This document shows, one piece after another, positions 9,099 to 19,669 of a stretch of 64,000 nt of DNA. The stretch's first letter is position 1; each line of letters starts with the position of its first letter. Location of the stretch: the NCBI GenBank assembly GCA_026397015.1, contig JAPLVR010000006.1:96001-160000 (forward strand). Reading direction: 5' to 3'. The notes beneath the pieces were generated by a model. It made no database searches. It worked only from the letters and a program-made list of their open reading frames with translations, and had not been told where the DNA came from. Origin of the DNA: Candidatus Iainarchaeum sp. GTDB taxonomy: Archaea > Iainarchaeota > Iainarchaeia > Iainarchaeales > JAAZKV01. Both the position numbers and the translations under genes were made by a program.

Positions 9099-9734
9099 AT
9101 GAAGACACAGGAAAAATTCGACCTAATTGTTTCATGGATAACGCTAAGCATTGCATTTGCAATTGTAATCGGGTTATTTCCTTTCGGCCTGGAAGAAATT
9201 TTTATAACTCTCCCCATCGCATTTCTCGCGGTCGGCACGGGATTTGTTTTCCACGAACTTGCGCACAGGCAGGCGGCGCGAAAATTCGGCTTTCACTCTG
9301 AATACAGGGCGTGGTATGGAATGCTCGTGGTCGCATTGATTTTTTCACTAATAACAAGAATGGTTATTGCCGCGCCCGGCGCAACTTATTTTTTCGGAAA
9401 AAACGTTTCAAGGAGACAAAACGGGATAATCTCGGTTGCCGGCCCGATAACAAACATTTTCATAGGCTTCATTTTTTTGCTGCTCATGATTGCGCTTGTA
9501 AAAAGCAATATTTACACCTCTGAAATCAGCGTGGTACCGGCAATACTATACTATGTTTCACAAATAAATTTCTTCTTCGCATTTTTCAACATGCTTCCGA
9601 TACTGATATTTGACGGGGCAAAAGTTTTTGTCTGGAATAAAAAAATCTGGTTTGCGGTATTTGGAATTGCCGCGCTGATGTCGTTCCTTCCGGACATTAT
9701 TCTTGGCGTTTTCGGCATAGCGCTCGGCATGTGA
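9099..9734 (+). CDS. Site-2 protease family (M50) membrane metalloprotease
   Basis: HELAH, SVAGPITN, FNMLPILIFDG motifs; multiple TM helices. Confidence 0.9.
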   Translation: MKTQEKFDLIVSWITLSIAFAIVIGLFPFGLEEIFITLPIAFLAVGTGFVFHELAHRQAARKFGFHSEYRAWYGMLVVALIFSLITRMVIAAPGATYFFGKNVSRRQNGIISVAGPITNIFIGFIFLLLMIALVKSNIYTSEISVVPAILYYVSQINFFFAFFNMLPILIFDGAKVFVWNKKIWFAVFGIAALMSFLPDIILGVFGIALGM

Positions 9735-9751
9735 AACCAAAAAGAAAAAAA

Positions 9752-11947
9752 TTATCCGACATATGAGGGTCTGAATTCGAGCGCCACTTCCGCAAATTTT
9801 GAATATGCGTCTGAGGTTTGCTCGTCAATGGTCGGCTTTAATTTAGAAAGAACCTTCTCAAAATGCGCCATTTTTATCGGAGATGGAACTAATTTATTTT
9901 CTTCCAAAACCAGAAGCGCGGCTTCCCTTACAACTCCGCTCAGGTCGGCGCCCGAAAACCCGTTGGTTTTTTTCGCCAACTCCTTCAATGAAACGGATTT
10001 ATCCAGATTTACGTTTTTGGTGTGAACCTTAAGTATCGCTTCGCGCGCCCTTTCATCAGGCGCTAAAACTGGAATTAGCTTGTCAATTCTTCCGGGTCGG
10101 AGCAAACTTGTATCTAACATGTCCGGCCTGTTTGTCGCGGCAATGAAAATAACATCTCTCATTGATTCTATTCCATCCAGTTCCGTAAGAAGCTGATTGA
10201 CCATTTGGTCGTAAACCTTTGAACCTGAGTGCGAGCCGCGTTTCGCCGCAACAGCATCAATATCATCAAAAAAAATTATGCATGGAGCAACTTGCCTTGC
10301 GCGCCTAAAAATTTTTCTTATTCCCTTTTCACTTTCGCCTACCCACATGCTCAAAAGCTCCGGCCCCTTAATCGAAATGAAATTGGCCTCGCTTTCAGTT
10401 GCAATCGCTTTTGCCAAAAGCGTTTTCCCAGTGCCGGGAGGCCCATAAAGCAAAACCCCGTTCGGAGGCCTTATCCCCATCTTTTTGAAAGCATCAGAAT
10501 TCTTTAGCGGCCACTCAACCGCCTGCTTCAATTCCTGCTTAACAGCCTCAAGCGCGCCGACATCCTCCCATTGCACATTTGGAATTTCGATTGCGACTTC
10601 TCTAAGTGCGGAAGGCTGGACATCCTTCAGGCCTTCAAGAAAATCGCTTTTTTTAATATTAAGGTTTTCCAAAACTTCTGCGGGAATAGTTTCTTCCTCC
10701 AAATCAATTTTTGGAAGATAACGGCGCAGCGCTTTCATTGCCGCTTCCTTTGTAAGAGCCTGCAAATCGGCGCCGACAAATCCGTGTGTTATTGAAGCAA
10801 AGAAACCCAAGTCAACATCCTTGTCAAGAGGCATTCCGCGCGTGTGAATACTAAGAATCGCTTTTCTCCCATTTTTATCCGGAACACCGAATTCGATTTC
10901 GCGGTCAAAGCGACCGGGTCTTCGCAAAGCCTCATCAAGAGAATTTATTCTGTTGGTTGCGGCCATTACAATAACTTCGCCGCGCGCAGCCAAACCATCC
11001 ATAAGAGAAAGTATTTGTGCAACAACGCGCCTTTCAACTTCCCCGACAACCTCGTCCCTCTTCGGCGCAATCGAATCTATCTCATCAATAAAAATTATTG
11101 AAGGGGCATTTTCACTCGCATCCTGAAAAATTTTTCTGACCCTTTCTTCGGCTTCTCCGACAAATTTCCCCATTACTTCGGGAGCTGAAACGGAAATGAA
11201 ATGAACCTGCGCCTCGTTTGCAACTGCTTTCGCGAGCAAAGTTTTTCCTGTGCCGGGCGGCCCGTGCAACAAAATTCCTTTTGGTGGAACGATTCCAAGC
11301 TTCTGGAAAAGCTCCGGATGCTTCATCGGAAGTTCAACCATCTCCCTGACTTTTTTAACCTGCTCTTCTAAACCCCCGATATCTTCGTAGGCAATTTTTT
11401 GAACGCCTTCAATCGAACTTTTCACGGGCTTGTCCTTCAATGCGAATTGGGTTGTATCAACAACCTTCACAATGCCCCTCGGCTGCGTGTCAACGACGCT
11501 GTAAATGAACCCCGAACCGAAAACAGAAACCCAAACATTATCGCCTATGGTAAGAGGCCTCCCCAGAAAACTTTTCTTCAAAATCCTGTCGTAGCCGGAA
11601 GCAATTATTCTGACCTCTTCAATCGGCGCAAGCACAACCCGCTTCGCTTCCTTGGGAACAACTTTTTTCACCCTGACTTTTTCATTCAGGCCGACGCCTG
11701 CATTGTGCCTTATGAATGAATCCATTCGCACGACTTTTCTTCCTTCATCTTCCGTGCGCGCCGGCCAAACAATTCCGGCTGTTTTCTTTTTGCTTTCCGC
11801 CCCTTCAATTTCAACTATCTCGCCGGACGTGATGCCGAGCGCATCCTTTGTTTCCTTGTCGAGAGTGATTATATTGCGGCCGACATGAGTAGGATCGGGA
11901 TCTAAAACTTGCAGGACTATTTCCTTTTCCTTGTCTTCCTTTTTCAC
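9752..11947 (-). CDS. cdc48: CDC48/VAT family AAA ATPase
   Basis: N-domain plus two AAA modules (GPPGTGKT twice), [10 protein letters not shown]-terminal SYVG. Confidence 0.96.
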   Translation of the reverse strand: MKKEDKEKEIVLQVLDPDPTHVGRNIITLDKETKDALGITSGEIVEIEGAESKKKTAGIVWPARTEDEGRKVVRMDSFIRHNAGVGLNEKVRVKKVVPKEAKRVVLAPIEEVRIIASGYDRILKKSFLGRPLTIGDNVWVSVFGSGFIYSVVDTQPRGIVKVVDTTQFALKDKPVKSSIEGVQKIAYEDIGGLEEQVKKVREMVELPMKHPELFQKLGIVPPKGILLHGPPGTGKTLLAKAVANEAQVHFISVSAPEVMGKFVGEAEERVRKIFQDASENAPSIIFIDEIDSIAPKRDEVVGEVERRVVAQILSLMDGLAARGEVIVMAATNRINSLDEALRRPGRFDREIEFGVPDKNGRKAILSIHTRGMPLDKDVDLGFFASITHGFVGADLQALTKEAAMKALRRYLPKIDLEEETIPAEVLENLNIKKSDFLEGLKDVQPSALREVAIEIPNVQWEDVGALEAVKQELKQAVEWPLKNSDAFKKMGIRPPNGVLLYGPPGTGKTLLAKAIATESEANFISIKGPELLSMWVGESEKGIRKIFRRARQVAPCIIFFDDIDAVAAKRGSHSGSKVYDQMVNQLLTELDGIESMRDVIFIAATNRPDMLDTSLLRPGRIDKLIPVLAPDERAREAILKVHTKNVNLDKSVSLKELAKKTNGFSGADLSGVVREAALLVLEENKLVPSPIKMAHFEKVLSKLKPTIDEQTSDAYSKFAEVALEFRPSYVG

Positions 11948-12040
11948 CGAAAAAACCTCAAATTGAGCACAGCTTAAGTTATTACAACAAAAAAAGGATT
12001 AAAAATATGCCCTTCCAAAAAAAGTTCGGCAAAAAACGAA

Positions 12041-12871
12041 TTATTTTTTTAAAATTTCGAGGGTGCCGTTTGGAAGCGCCGAAACAAAATCATCGACGCT
12101 AAAGGAATAACCGTTTTTTTCAAAAATCGGTCTCAATTCCTTGGCGGCGTCGCTCTTTTTTTTGGAGCCCTGCCTTACTTCAACGAAAAAAACGCAATTT
12201 TTTTTCGCTGCGGAAAATGGTGCGGCCATCAAAACATTTTCCTTCTCATAAAATCCGATTGCACAATTAAGCACGGAATTCCTGAACCAATTTCTTTCGC
12301 CGTAAATCATGAAAGCGCCCGCACCCATTGACTCGCCGGAGGGCGCCTTCTTTGAAACCTGTTCAGGCTTTACCGAATATGCATCCGCGTGCGCGCGGTT
12401 TTCCTCCCATGCCTTGGAAAAGGTAACTGCAAATTGCGCCGCTTCCTTCATTGTCTGTTCAGGCACAATTTTGCCGGCCGTTTTTATTATACAGTGCGGC
12501 GCGCCGAAAACATCCGCGTGAAAATAAACATCGTCTTTTTCCACCCTTTTTTTTACAATCTCCTCATTCGAATGCGCGTCCCTTCCGCCTATTACAAGAA
12601 AACCGTCGCTAGAAACAAACCATCTGTATTTTTCGAACCACTTCTTTTCCCTCTTTTTTGCAAAAATTTTCTTTTGAGCCTGATTTTCTGCCGCGGTCTC
12701 TTTTTTTTCCTTTTGCTCCGCAAGCTTTTTTTCGGCCTGAACAAGCGCTTTCTTAATCCCTTCAATTTTTCTGCGCGCGAGCTTCGCATTCTCAAAATAA
12801 GCTGTTGCGTTTTCTTCCACTGATTTTTTTAAATCAATTTCAATCAGTTCCTTTTCCGAAGGCGTTCCCAT
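12041..12871 (-). CDS. NFACT RNA-binding domain protein (short Rqc2/NEMF-like)
   Basis: SVEENATAYFENAK coiled coil, WFEKYRWFVSSDGFLVIGGRDA, FHADVFGAP, QVSKKAPSGE. Confidence 0.88.
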   Translation of the reverse strand: MGTPSEKELIEIDLKKSVEENATAYFENAKLARRKIEGIKKALVQAEKKLAEQKEKKETAAENQAQKKIFAKKREKKWFEKYRWFVSSDGFLVIGGRDAHSNEEIVKKRVEKDDVYFHADVFGAPHCIIKTAGKIVPEQTMKEAAQFAVTFSKAWEENRAHADAYSVKPEQVSKKAPSGESMGAGAFMIYGERNWFRNSVLNCAIGFYEKENVLMAAPFSAAKKNCVFFVEVRQGSKKKSDAAKELRPIFEKNGYSFSVDDFVSALPNGTLEILKK

Positions 12872-12904
12872 TTTATTCAGCTCCTTCTATTTAATTGCTT
12901 CAAA

Positions 12905-13459
12905 TTAATCCAGCCCGGCTTTCTTCCGCATAATTTCAATTATTGAATCGGTTCGCGAGCCGCGCTTGAAAGTCGGCTCTGTGAGATAGAAAACCTGCCT
13001 GTCTTTTACCACATCGTAATAATTTGGAATCTTCTTTACGTAACGTTCCTGCAAATTTTTGTGGTAGGATTCGACGTCGGAATAGAACTGCGAACTTATC
13101 ACATTAAAATTTCCGGAACCCATTATTGAGTTGAGTGCATAAACGTGCGGATCTTTTTCGGCGGCTTTCAAATATTGTTCTATCAAATCCTGGCGCGAAA
13201 AATCAAGTTGCAAAAGTTCAACTGCTTCAAGCTTATAGCCGAGCTTCCAAAAAGCAATTTTTGGGCCGTAACCTACGAGCAATCCTTCCTTTTGAAGAAA
13301 ATCAAGCGAAGCCTTTATCGTTGCCAGATGATACTTTGTTTTTACTTTTATTCTGCGAATATTCGGCTGAACTGAGCCACCCTCAAGCAATGCCTGAAGA
13401 ATATTTAGCCTGATAATGTCATCCGCTTTCATTTTCTGAGCCACAAAAACATCTCCCAA
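12905..13459 (-). CDS. Lrp/AsnC-like transcriptional regulator
   Basis: N-terminal HTH-like segment, GYGPKIAFWKLGY linker, RAM-like domain. Confidence 0.7.
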   Translation of the reverse strand: MGDVFVAQKMKADDIIRLNILQALLEGGSVQPNIRRIKVKTKYHLATIKASLDFLQKEGLLVGYGPKIAFWKLGYKLEAVELLQLDFSRQDLIEQYLKAAEKDPHVYALNSIMGSGNFNVISSQFYSDVESYHKNLQERYVKKIPNYYDVVKDRQVFYLTEPTFKRGSRTDSIIEIMRKKAGLD

Positions 13460-13644
13460 CCAACAAAATCAAAATGCACCCAAAAAAGCGCATTTTTAGT
13501 TGATTATTACACCCATGGCTATTTAAATGTCATTTTTATTACACTTAAACTCAATTAATACTTATTAACGGTGATGGCGTATAATATGTCATAATTTTAA
13601 GGAGGGGGTTTATCTAAATCTGATAAAAGTAGAAAATTTGGAAA

Positions 13645-13721
13645 AGCTGATTGGGGTTGTTGGACAGGCTCACCAGGATTTCTAAGTTCTTTCTGTCTTC
13701 CAACAATCCCTTCAATCAGCT
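13645..13721. other. Long imperfect intergenic hairpin (possible ncRNA or regulatory element)
   Basis: AGCTGATTG/CAATCAGCT, GGGTTGTTGGA/TCCAACAATCCC and ACAG/CTGT are nested complementary arms. Confidence 0.5.
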
Positions 13722-13811
13722 GAATTAGAAAAATATTTTTATTTCTCGGCTGGCGCTCTGGGCTGGTTTTCGCCGCGCCCTTGGCTGCTTTTCGGACTTA
13801 TTTCATTTTTG

Positions 13812-16028
13812 CTACTGGCTATTTGCAGAATCGATTTCTTCGTTCTCTTCGATTTCATTCAGAATTTCTTCGGAAATGATTTTCGCTTTCTTTGAAGAAG
13901 ATTTTTTCGCCCGTGCTTTCTTTGCTGGTTTTGGTTTTTCTATGACTTTTGTTTTTTCTGGCGCCGCCGAACTTTTTTCTTCGACCTTTTCCTTCTGTTC
14001 CTTCTTTTTTCCCCAATCATTTTTTGTAACACACGTCATTGTAAGACACATTTTGTATGAGAATCTGATGTTCCTTATTTTGACAATCGGAGCGCCGCAC
14101 TCTGGACAGGAATCGGAGGTAAGAGTGATTGCGCCCTTTTGCGGAAGAGGGAAAGAATTATTGCACCGCGGATACTCGCTGCAGCCGACAAACCGCTTTC
14201 CGGATTTTCCATGGCGTATTACAAGCTGGCCATTGCCGCACTTGCCGCACTTCCCAACCACAGAGCTGAATCTAAGGGCGCTTCGCAATTCGCCACCGAT
14301 GCTGTCCTTTTCCTTAAACAAAACTTCCATGACACCGTGCAAATATTTTCCGGAATTTGCCACAACCTCTTCGCGCGTCTTTTTTCCGGCTGCAATTTCA
14401 TCCATTTCCTTTTCAACATTCGCTGTCATTTCAGGTTTTGTGACAAGAACGCAGTGTTTCTCCAAAGAATCGATTACGGAAAATGCCACCTTGCTCGGTT
14501 CAAGACTTGTTCCGCCGACAATATAACGGCGCGAATAAAGTTTTTGTATTATCGCGGGGCGGGTCGATTTTGTGCCGAGATTATTTTCCTCCATCAATTT
14601 TATCAGAGATCCCTGGCTGTAGCGCGCCGGCGGTTCGGTGCATTTCTCAAACAAATCAAGCTTCTCAATTTTAACATTATCGTCAACATCAAGCCTCGGA
14701 AGAATTATTTCGGAAAGCTTGCTGTAAGGATAAAACGCTTTCCACCCTGCGGAAATTATTATCTGTCCGCGCGCGGCATAAGGCTCTCCTTCCGCATCAA
14801 GCAGAACTGTAACGTTCTCGGTTTCAGCATCGTCTGCAAGAGTCGCGAGGAAACGCTTCGCAATAAGTTCGTAAATTTTCCACTCATCGTTATTTAACAT
14901 TTCTTTTTGAACCGCCGAAACGGGATGAACAGGCGGATGGTCTTTCGTTTCCTTCCCCGCGGAAGGGTTAAGCGTTTTTTTTCCAAGAATTTTGGTTACG
15001 TCGCGCTCAAGCTCGCGCACGGAAACAAGCCTGTTTAGAATTTCGCGCAAATCCAGATTCTTCGGGTAGACACAATTGTCCGTTCTCGGATAAGATGTGA
15101 ATCCGCGTTGATAGAGCGTTTCGGCGAGGCTCATCGCCTTGCTGGCAGAAAAGCCGATTGCGGTCGCGGCGCGCAAAAATTCTGTTGTGTTAAAAGGAAC
15201 GGGCTTCTTAAGTGTACGCCTTTTTTTCTCGATTTTCTTAACCACCGCGCTCTTTGGATTCTTTGCAAAAACTTCTTTTGCCTTTTTTTCGTTCCAAAAT
15301 TTTCCCTCGGAGTGAAGCGCCAAAAACTTTTCCTTATTTTTGTCGCAGTGCGCGGCAATCTCCCAATATTTTTTCGATTCAAACGCCAATCTTTCCTTTT
15401 CCCTGTCAACAATCAGCGCGAGGGTTGGTGTCTGCACCCTTCCAACGCTTAAAAATTCTTTTCCCAGCTGGCCGGATATGAGCGAAAGAAACCTTGTAAG
15501 AACCGCGCCCCAAATCAAATCTATTTCCCTGCGCGCATTTGCGGAATAAGCAAAATTATAGTCGAATTTTTCCAGCGAGCTAAAAGATTTTTCAATATCC
15601 TCTTTTATTATTGCGGAAAAATACGCCCTTTCAACTTTTATATTTTTGTTCGTTTCTTTTGCATAGACCAGCGCTTCGAGGCCGATTGCTTCCCCTTCCC
15701 TATCGGCATCGGTAGCAACGATTATTCTTTCCGACTCTAACGCCGAATCCTTTATACAATTTATTATGTCACGCTCGGTCGGGGAATAAATTATTTCGGC
15801 ATCAATAAGTTTCCTGACATCTGTGCCTATCCAATTCGAGTACTGCACCGGAAATTCAACATCGGAAATGTGGCCTCTCAGCGGAATCAACCTGACGGGG
15901 CTTCCTTTCCATTCAAACTCAAAAACCTTGGCTCCGCTGACGGACCTGACAGAAACTTTCCCGTCCGCAAGAAGCGAGGCAATTCTTTCCCCTGCAATCG
16001 CCTTTTCGGAAATAATTATGTCCATCAA
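13812..16028 (-). CDS. topA: DNA topoisomerase I (type IA)
   Basis: SEK, ATDADREGE, SVGRVQTPTL, catalytic SYPRTD, GTKSTR, C-terminal Zn ribbons. Confidence 0.96.
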   Translation of the reverse strand: MMDIIISEKAIAGERIASLLADGKVSVRSVSGAKVFEFEWKGSPVRLIPLRGHISDVEFPVQYSNWIGTDVRKLIDAEIIYSPTERDIINCIKDSALESERIIVATDADREGEAIGLEALVYAKETNKNIKVERAYFSAIIKEDIEKSFSSLEKFDYNFAYSANARREIDLIWGAVLTRFLSLISGQLGKEFLSVGRVQTPTLALIVDREKERLAFESKKYWEIAAHCDKNKEKFLALHSEGKFWNEKKAKEVFAKNPKSAVVKKIEKKRRTLKKPVPFNTTEFLRAATAIGFSASKAMSLAETLYQRGFTSYPRTDNCVYPKNLDLREILNRLVSVRELERDVTKILGKKTLNPSAGKETKDHPPVHPVSAVQKEMLNNDEWKIYELIAKRFLATLADDAETENVTVLLDAEGEPYAARGQIIISAGWKAFYPYSKLSEIILPRLDVDDNVKIEKLDLFEKCTEPPARYSQGSLIKLMEENNLGTKSTRPAIIQKLYSRRYIVGGTSLEPSKVAFSVIDSLEKHCVLVTKPEMTANVEKEMDEIAAGKKTREEVVANSGKYLHGVMEVLFKEKDSIGGELRSALRFSSVVGKCGKCGNGQLVIRHGKSGKRFVGCSEYPRCNNSFPLPQKGAITLTSDSCPECGAPIVKIRNIRFSYKMCLTMTCVTKNDWGKKKEQKEKVEEKSSAAPEKTKVIEKPKPAKKARAKKSSSKKAKIISEEILNEIEENEEIDSANSQ

Positions 16029-16098
16029 AAGGAAGGGCTTAGAAAATAATTAAAAAGCCAAAGCATTCTTTCTGCAATCGCCGAAGGGCAAAAAAGAA

Positions 16099-16587
16099 TC
16101 ACAATTTATTCTGCAAAGGCATGCTTGGAAGAGTCCTCGTCTGCTTTAGTTCGGAAGTAACGACCATTGTTTTTACAGCCAGCACCCCGTCAATAAGGCC
16201 TATCTGCCCTATGAACCTGTCGGCGCTTTCAAGATTAGGCACAACAATTTTCGCAATCAAATTATACTCCCCTAAAACCTGATAGAGTTCAAGAACAAAA
16301 TCCATTGTCACAAGTTTTTTCATTATGTCCCTCTGCTTTGAAGGATCCACCTGCATCTGCACAAAAATAGGGTTTTCATAGCCGAGTGCCTTGTAATTTA
16401 AATCAACCGAAATTGATTGAATGACGCCTTTTCGCTTCAATGATTCAACCCTTTTCTTTATCGCGACATCGGTAAGCTTTGTCTCCCTTGCAATCGCAGA
16501 AAAGGAGGCGCGCCCGTCAAGAAGCAGCGCTTTGAGAATTATGTTATCAATCTTATCAAGAGAAGCACCCAACCAAAAACACCCCAA
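16099..16587 (-). CDS. Lrp/AsnC family transcriptional regulator
   Basis: LDKIDNIILKALLLDGRASFSAIAR HTH; GEYNLIAK. Start codon uncertain. Confidence 0.9.
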   Translation of the reverse strand: MGCFWLGASLDKIDNIILKALLLDGRASFSAIARETKLTDVAIKKRVESLKRKGVIQSISVDLNYKALGYENPIFVQMQVDPSKQRDIMKKLVTMDFVLELYQVLGEYNLIAKIVVPNLESADRFIGQIGLIDGVLAVKTMVVTSELKQTRTLPSMPLQNKL

Positions 16588-16724
16588 AAGTTCAAAAAAC
16601 CAAGAAAACTATTAAACAAATAAACCCAATGATTATTTAAAGTTTGCTTTTCTAACGCGGCCGGACTTTCGAGAACTTGCCTTAAAACAAAACAAAACAA
16701 AAAAAAAGAAATAATTCTTTTATT

Positions 16725-17540
16725 TTAGAGCTTTCCGCCGAAGTGCTTTTCCCTCAGGCGCACGGCATTTATTTTTTTTGGCCTCTCAGCCGGTTTGGCC
16801 TTCGACTGATAATACTCGACGCTTCGCAGCAGCTCGAACTTCATTATGAAAGAATAAGATTTCATCTGTTCAATCAGGGGGACAAGCAAAACAAGCACGA
16901 AAACAAGAGAAATAAAATTTCCAGGAAGGGCGAGCATATCCAAGCCGAATTCGATTGCAAATATTATTGCGAGCAAAATTGAACCAATTAGCACGGTTGA
17001 CACTGCGAGAACCGGCTGGGCCAAAATAAACTTCAGGCTATCTACAATGGAACCCGAAATATTTTCTTCATCCAAAACAATGCTCTGTGGCGCGTACATA
17101 AGCGCAAACGCGATAACAAAATTTATCGCCACAATTACGACAGGGACCAGCCCATACTGGGCGCCAAAAACGGAAACCAAAAAAAATATCGCCACCATCC
17201 CGAGGTAGAGCAAAAATATTTTTAGCGCCGCACCGCGCATCAGCTCATTCCAGTAATCATCAAGAGACATGTGCTGGATATCCCTTCTTACGGCATAAAT
17301 TGTCAGGGAAACTAAAAATGAAAAAAAATACAAAAAAACCAGCCCTGCAATCAGCCCGAGCAGAATTGAAAGAGTTGCGCCATAGCTGAGGAAAACAGTG
17401 CCGGACGCGATGTAAAAGTCCTCGAACATCACGAAAAGCAACACAAACACCAAAAGAAGCAGGTAGCTCACCGCCACCTTCAGATTTGAGGAGTATTCCT
17501 CAACGGCCTTCTTCAAAACCAGCCCAAGCATCTCAAACAT
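16725..17540 (-). CDS. Integral membrane protein (about 6 TM)
   Basis: 271 aa, strongly hydrophobic. Confidence 0.8.
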   Translation of the reverse strand: MFEMLGLVLKKAVEEYSSNLKVAVSYLLLLVFVLLFVMFEDFYIASGTVFLSYGATLSILLGLIAGLVFLYFFSFLVSLTIYAVRRDIQHMSLDDYWNELMRGAALKIFLLYLGMVAIFFLVSVFGAQYGLVPVVIVAINFVIAFALMYAPQSIVLDEENISGSIVDSLKFILAQPVLAVSTVLIGSILLAIIFAIEFGLDMLALPGNFISLVFVLVLLVPLIEQMKSYSFIMKFELLRSVEYYQSKAKPAERPKKINAVRLREKHFGGKL

Positions 17541-17602
17541 AATCCAAATTATATACTTAAATGTTTAAAAACCAAAAGCAACAACCCAAATTCGGAGAAA
17601 AA

Positions 17603-18862
17603 CTACTTCTGGCAGGAAACAATTTCGCCCTCAAAAAAATTCGGATACGCTTTTGTTATTCTTACGCGGGCAAATTTTCCAAAACAGCTTTTAACCAAAA
17701 CCGGCCTGTAGCAATCGGTGCGCGCGGTAAAAAACCCATTGCCCGCTTTTTCCGAAACCAGCGCATCAAATTTCTTTCCAACCAGCTTTTTGTTTTTTTC
17801 CAAAAAGAGATTCTTGCAAAAAGACGAAATTTTTCTGCTCCTTTCTTTTTTTTCAGATTCGGAAAGCTGGTTTTTCATTATGGCTGCCTTTGTTCCGGGG
17901 CGCTTTCCAAAGCGCGAAATGTTCACTACATCCGGTTTTGCCTTCCCAAGCAAAGCCAAAGTTTTTTCAAAATCGGCTTTTGCTTCGCCCGGAAAGCCGA
18001 CAATTACGTCAGTTGAAATTGTGATGTTCGGCTGGCTGGCACGCGCGATTTTTAGGCAATCCAAAAAATCCTTTCCTGAATATTTTCTCCCCATCGCTTT
18101 CAAAATCTGGTCAGAGCCACTCTGCACCGGAAGATGGAGAAATTTATAAAGACGCCTGTTTTCGAATAGAGGCATAAGCTGTTTGTGAATTTTTTTGAAA
18201 TGATTCGGATTCATCATTCCGAGGCGGACAAAATAATCACCCTCATTTTTCAAGAGGCGCTTCAAAAGTTTTGGAAGCGATGAACTGGAATCAACGCCGT
18301 AACAGCCCAGATCCTGCGAGGTGATCCAAATTTCTTTTGATTCAGCCGTTGCTTTTTTGAAAGCAACTTCAATTTCCTTTTCGGAGTATGAATGCAATTC
18401 TCCGCGCGCAATTTTTGTGATGCAATAAGAGCATCCGCCGACACAGCCGGTCGCAATCGGAATAATTGAAATCATTTCCCTGGTTTTTACGCTTTTCATT
18501 TCCGGGGAAAATTTTTTCGGCCTTATTTTCAACGCACGGCAAAGGGACTCAAGATTCGTGTCAAGAACTGTCATTTTCTCCGAAATTTTTTTTATTGGCG
18601 CACTTCTCGCCGCCGAAAGGCAACCAAAAACAAATAATTTCGCGCCGCTTCTTTTATTTTCAAAAAGAAAACTTATGCGGGAAAGCATTCTCTGTTCAGT
18701 AACGGCTTTAACCGCGCAGGTGTTAATTACGACAATATCCGCTTCCTTAAAATCATCCGCCTGCTCAAACTTTTGCGATTCAAGAAATCCGGAGATTTTT
18801 TCCGTTTCAGAAATGTTCAGGGCGCAGCCGTAACCCTCGACATAATACTTTTTTAACTTCAT
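17603..18862 (-). CDS. tRNA methylthiotransferase (MtaB/MiaB family radical SAM)
   Basis: UPF0004 (YGCALN, INTCAV), CxxxCxxC, HLPVQSGSD, VIVGFPGE, TRAM domain. Confidence 0.92.
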   Translation of the reverse strand: MKLKKYYVEGYGCALNISETEKISGFLESQKFEQADDFKEADIVVINTCAVKAVTEQRMLSRISFLFENKRSGAKLFVFGCLSAARSAPIKKISEKMTVLDTNLESLCRALKIRPKKFSPEMKSVKTREMISIIPIATGCVGGCSYCITKIARGELHSYSEKEIEVAFKKATAESKEIWITSQDLGCYGVDSSSSLPKLLKRLLKNEGDYFVRLGMMNPNHFKKIHKQLMPLFENRRLYKFLHLPVQSGSDQILKAMGRKYSGKDFLDCLKIARASQPNITISTDVIVGFPGEAKADFEKTLALLGKAKPDVVNISRFGKRPGTKAAIMKNQLSESEKKERSRKISSFCKNLFLEKNKKLVGKKFDALVSEKAGNGFFTARTDCYRPVLVKSCFGKFARVRITKAYPNFFEGEIVSCQK

Positions 18863-18911
18863 ACTGAAAATTGAAAGAAAATATTAAAGAATTGTTAAGT
18901 TATGAAAAGCG

Positions 18912-19556
18912 TTACGATTCTTTTTGTTTTTCATAAAGTTCAAGAACAAAAAATGGAAGCCACGCAGCTATGGCGCCGAGCATGAAAATCAGGTACATGC
19001 TTTTTCTAAGCTCGGGCCAGTAATTTACAGGAAGGAATTGAACAAGCTTGGTTGACTGCCCGCTCTGATACTGCGCAGCGTATTCCTTATTCACAGTGTC
19101 AACGTCATTTGAACATGTGCTCTCATTGAAACAAAAATAAAGGGAAACTGAAATGCCGTTTCGTTCCGCGGCAAGCGCGGCATTGTTGCCATAATGCCAT
19201 GCGAGGTTTATCATGTAGCCGAAGTAAAGCGCAATCACAAGCAAAACGAAGAATAAGAGCGAGGAGGCAACCTTTGTTTCAAAATATTCATTGAACCATC
19301 TTATCACAAAATAACAGAGGGCGAATCCGGTTAGGGGCGCAAAAAAAAACATCAGCGAACTCCACGTGTCATACGGTAAAATTGATCCTATTATAGGAAT
19401 TCCTCTAAAACCGTCAAGAGCACCCGCAGAGAGACATTTGCCCCCGGAAAATATGTTGGTGCATGCCCCGCCGATAAACCAAAAAATTGAGTAAGAAACA
19501 AGGAACCATATCAATGCCATAACGAGAAAAAATTTCTTGTTACCACTTAATGCCAA
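18912..19556 (-). CDS. Hypothetical membrane protein
   Basis: 214 aa, about 4 TM helices with Cys-containing loops. Confidence 0.75.
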   Translation of the reverse strand: MALSGNKKFFLVMALIWFLVSYSIFWFIGGACTNIFSGGKCLSAGALDGFRGIPIIGSILPYDTWSSLMFFFAPLTGFALCYFVIRWFNEYFETKVASSLLFFVLLVIALYFGYMINLAWHYGNNAALAAERNGISVSLYFCFNESTCSNDVDTVNKEYAAQYQSGQSTKLVQFLPVNYWPELRKSMYLIFMLGAIAAWLPFFVLELYEKQKES

Positions 19557-19669
19557 AAGAAACCACCGCTAAAAGCCCTTAAGAAAACTGTCCGATAATA
19601 TGCTTTTAATCTTTACTCAGCGCTCATTTCCTAGAAGCGGCGCTGGTGCTGCTCGAAAAACCGATTTTT

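Noticed and set aside
13572-13623. Box C/D sRNA (GTGATGG...CTGA)
   Set aside because: Imperfect C box, no clear D'/C' boxes and no convincing guide complementarity.
13740-13814. Readthrough of the topA TAG into the GC-rich downstream sequence
   Set aside because: An in-frame TGA follows two codons later (CAA AAA TGA).
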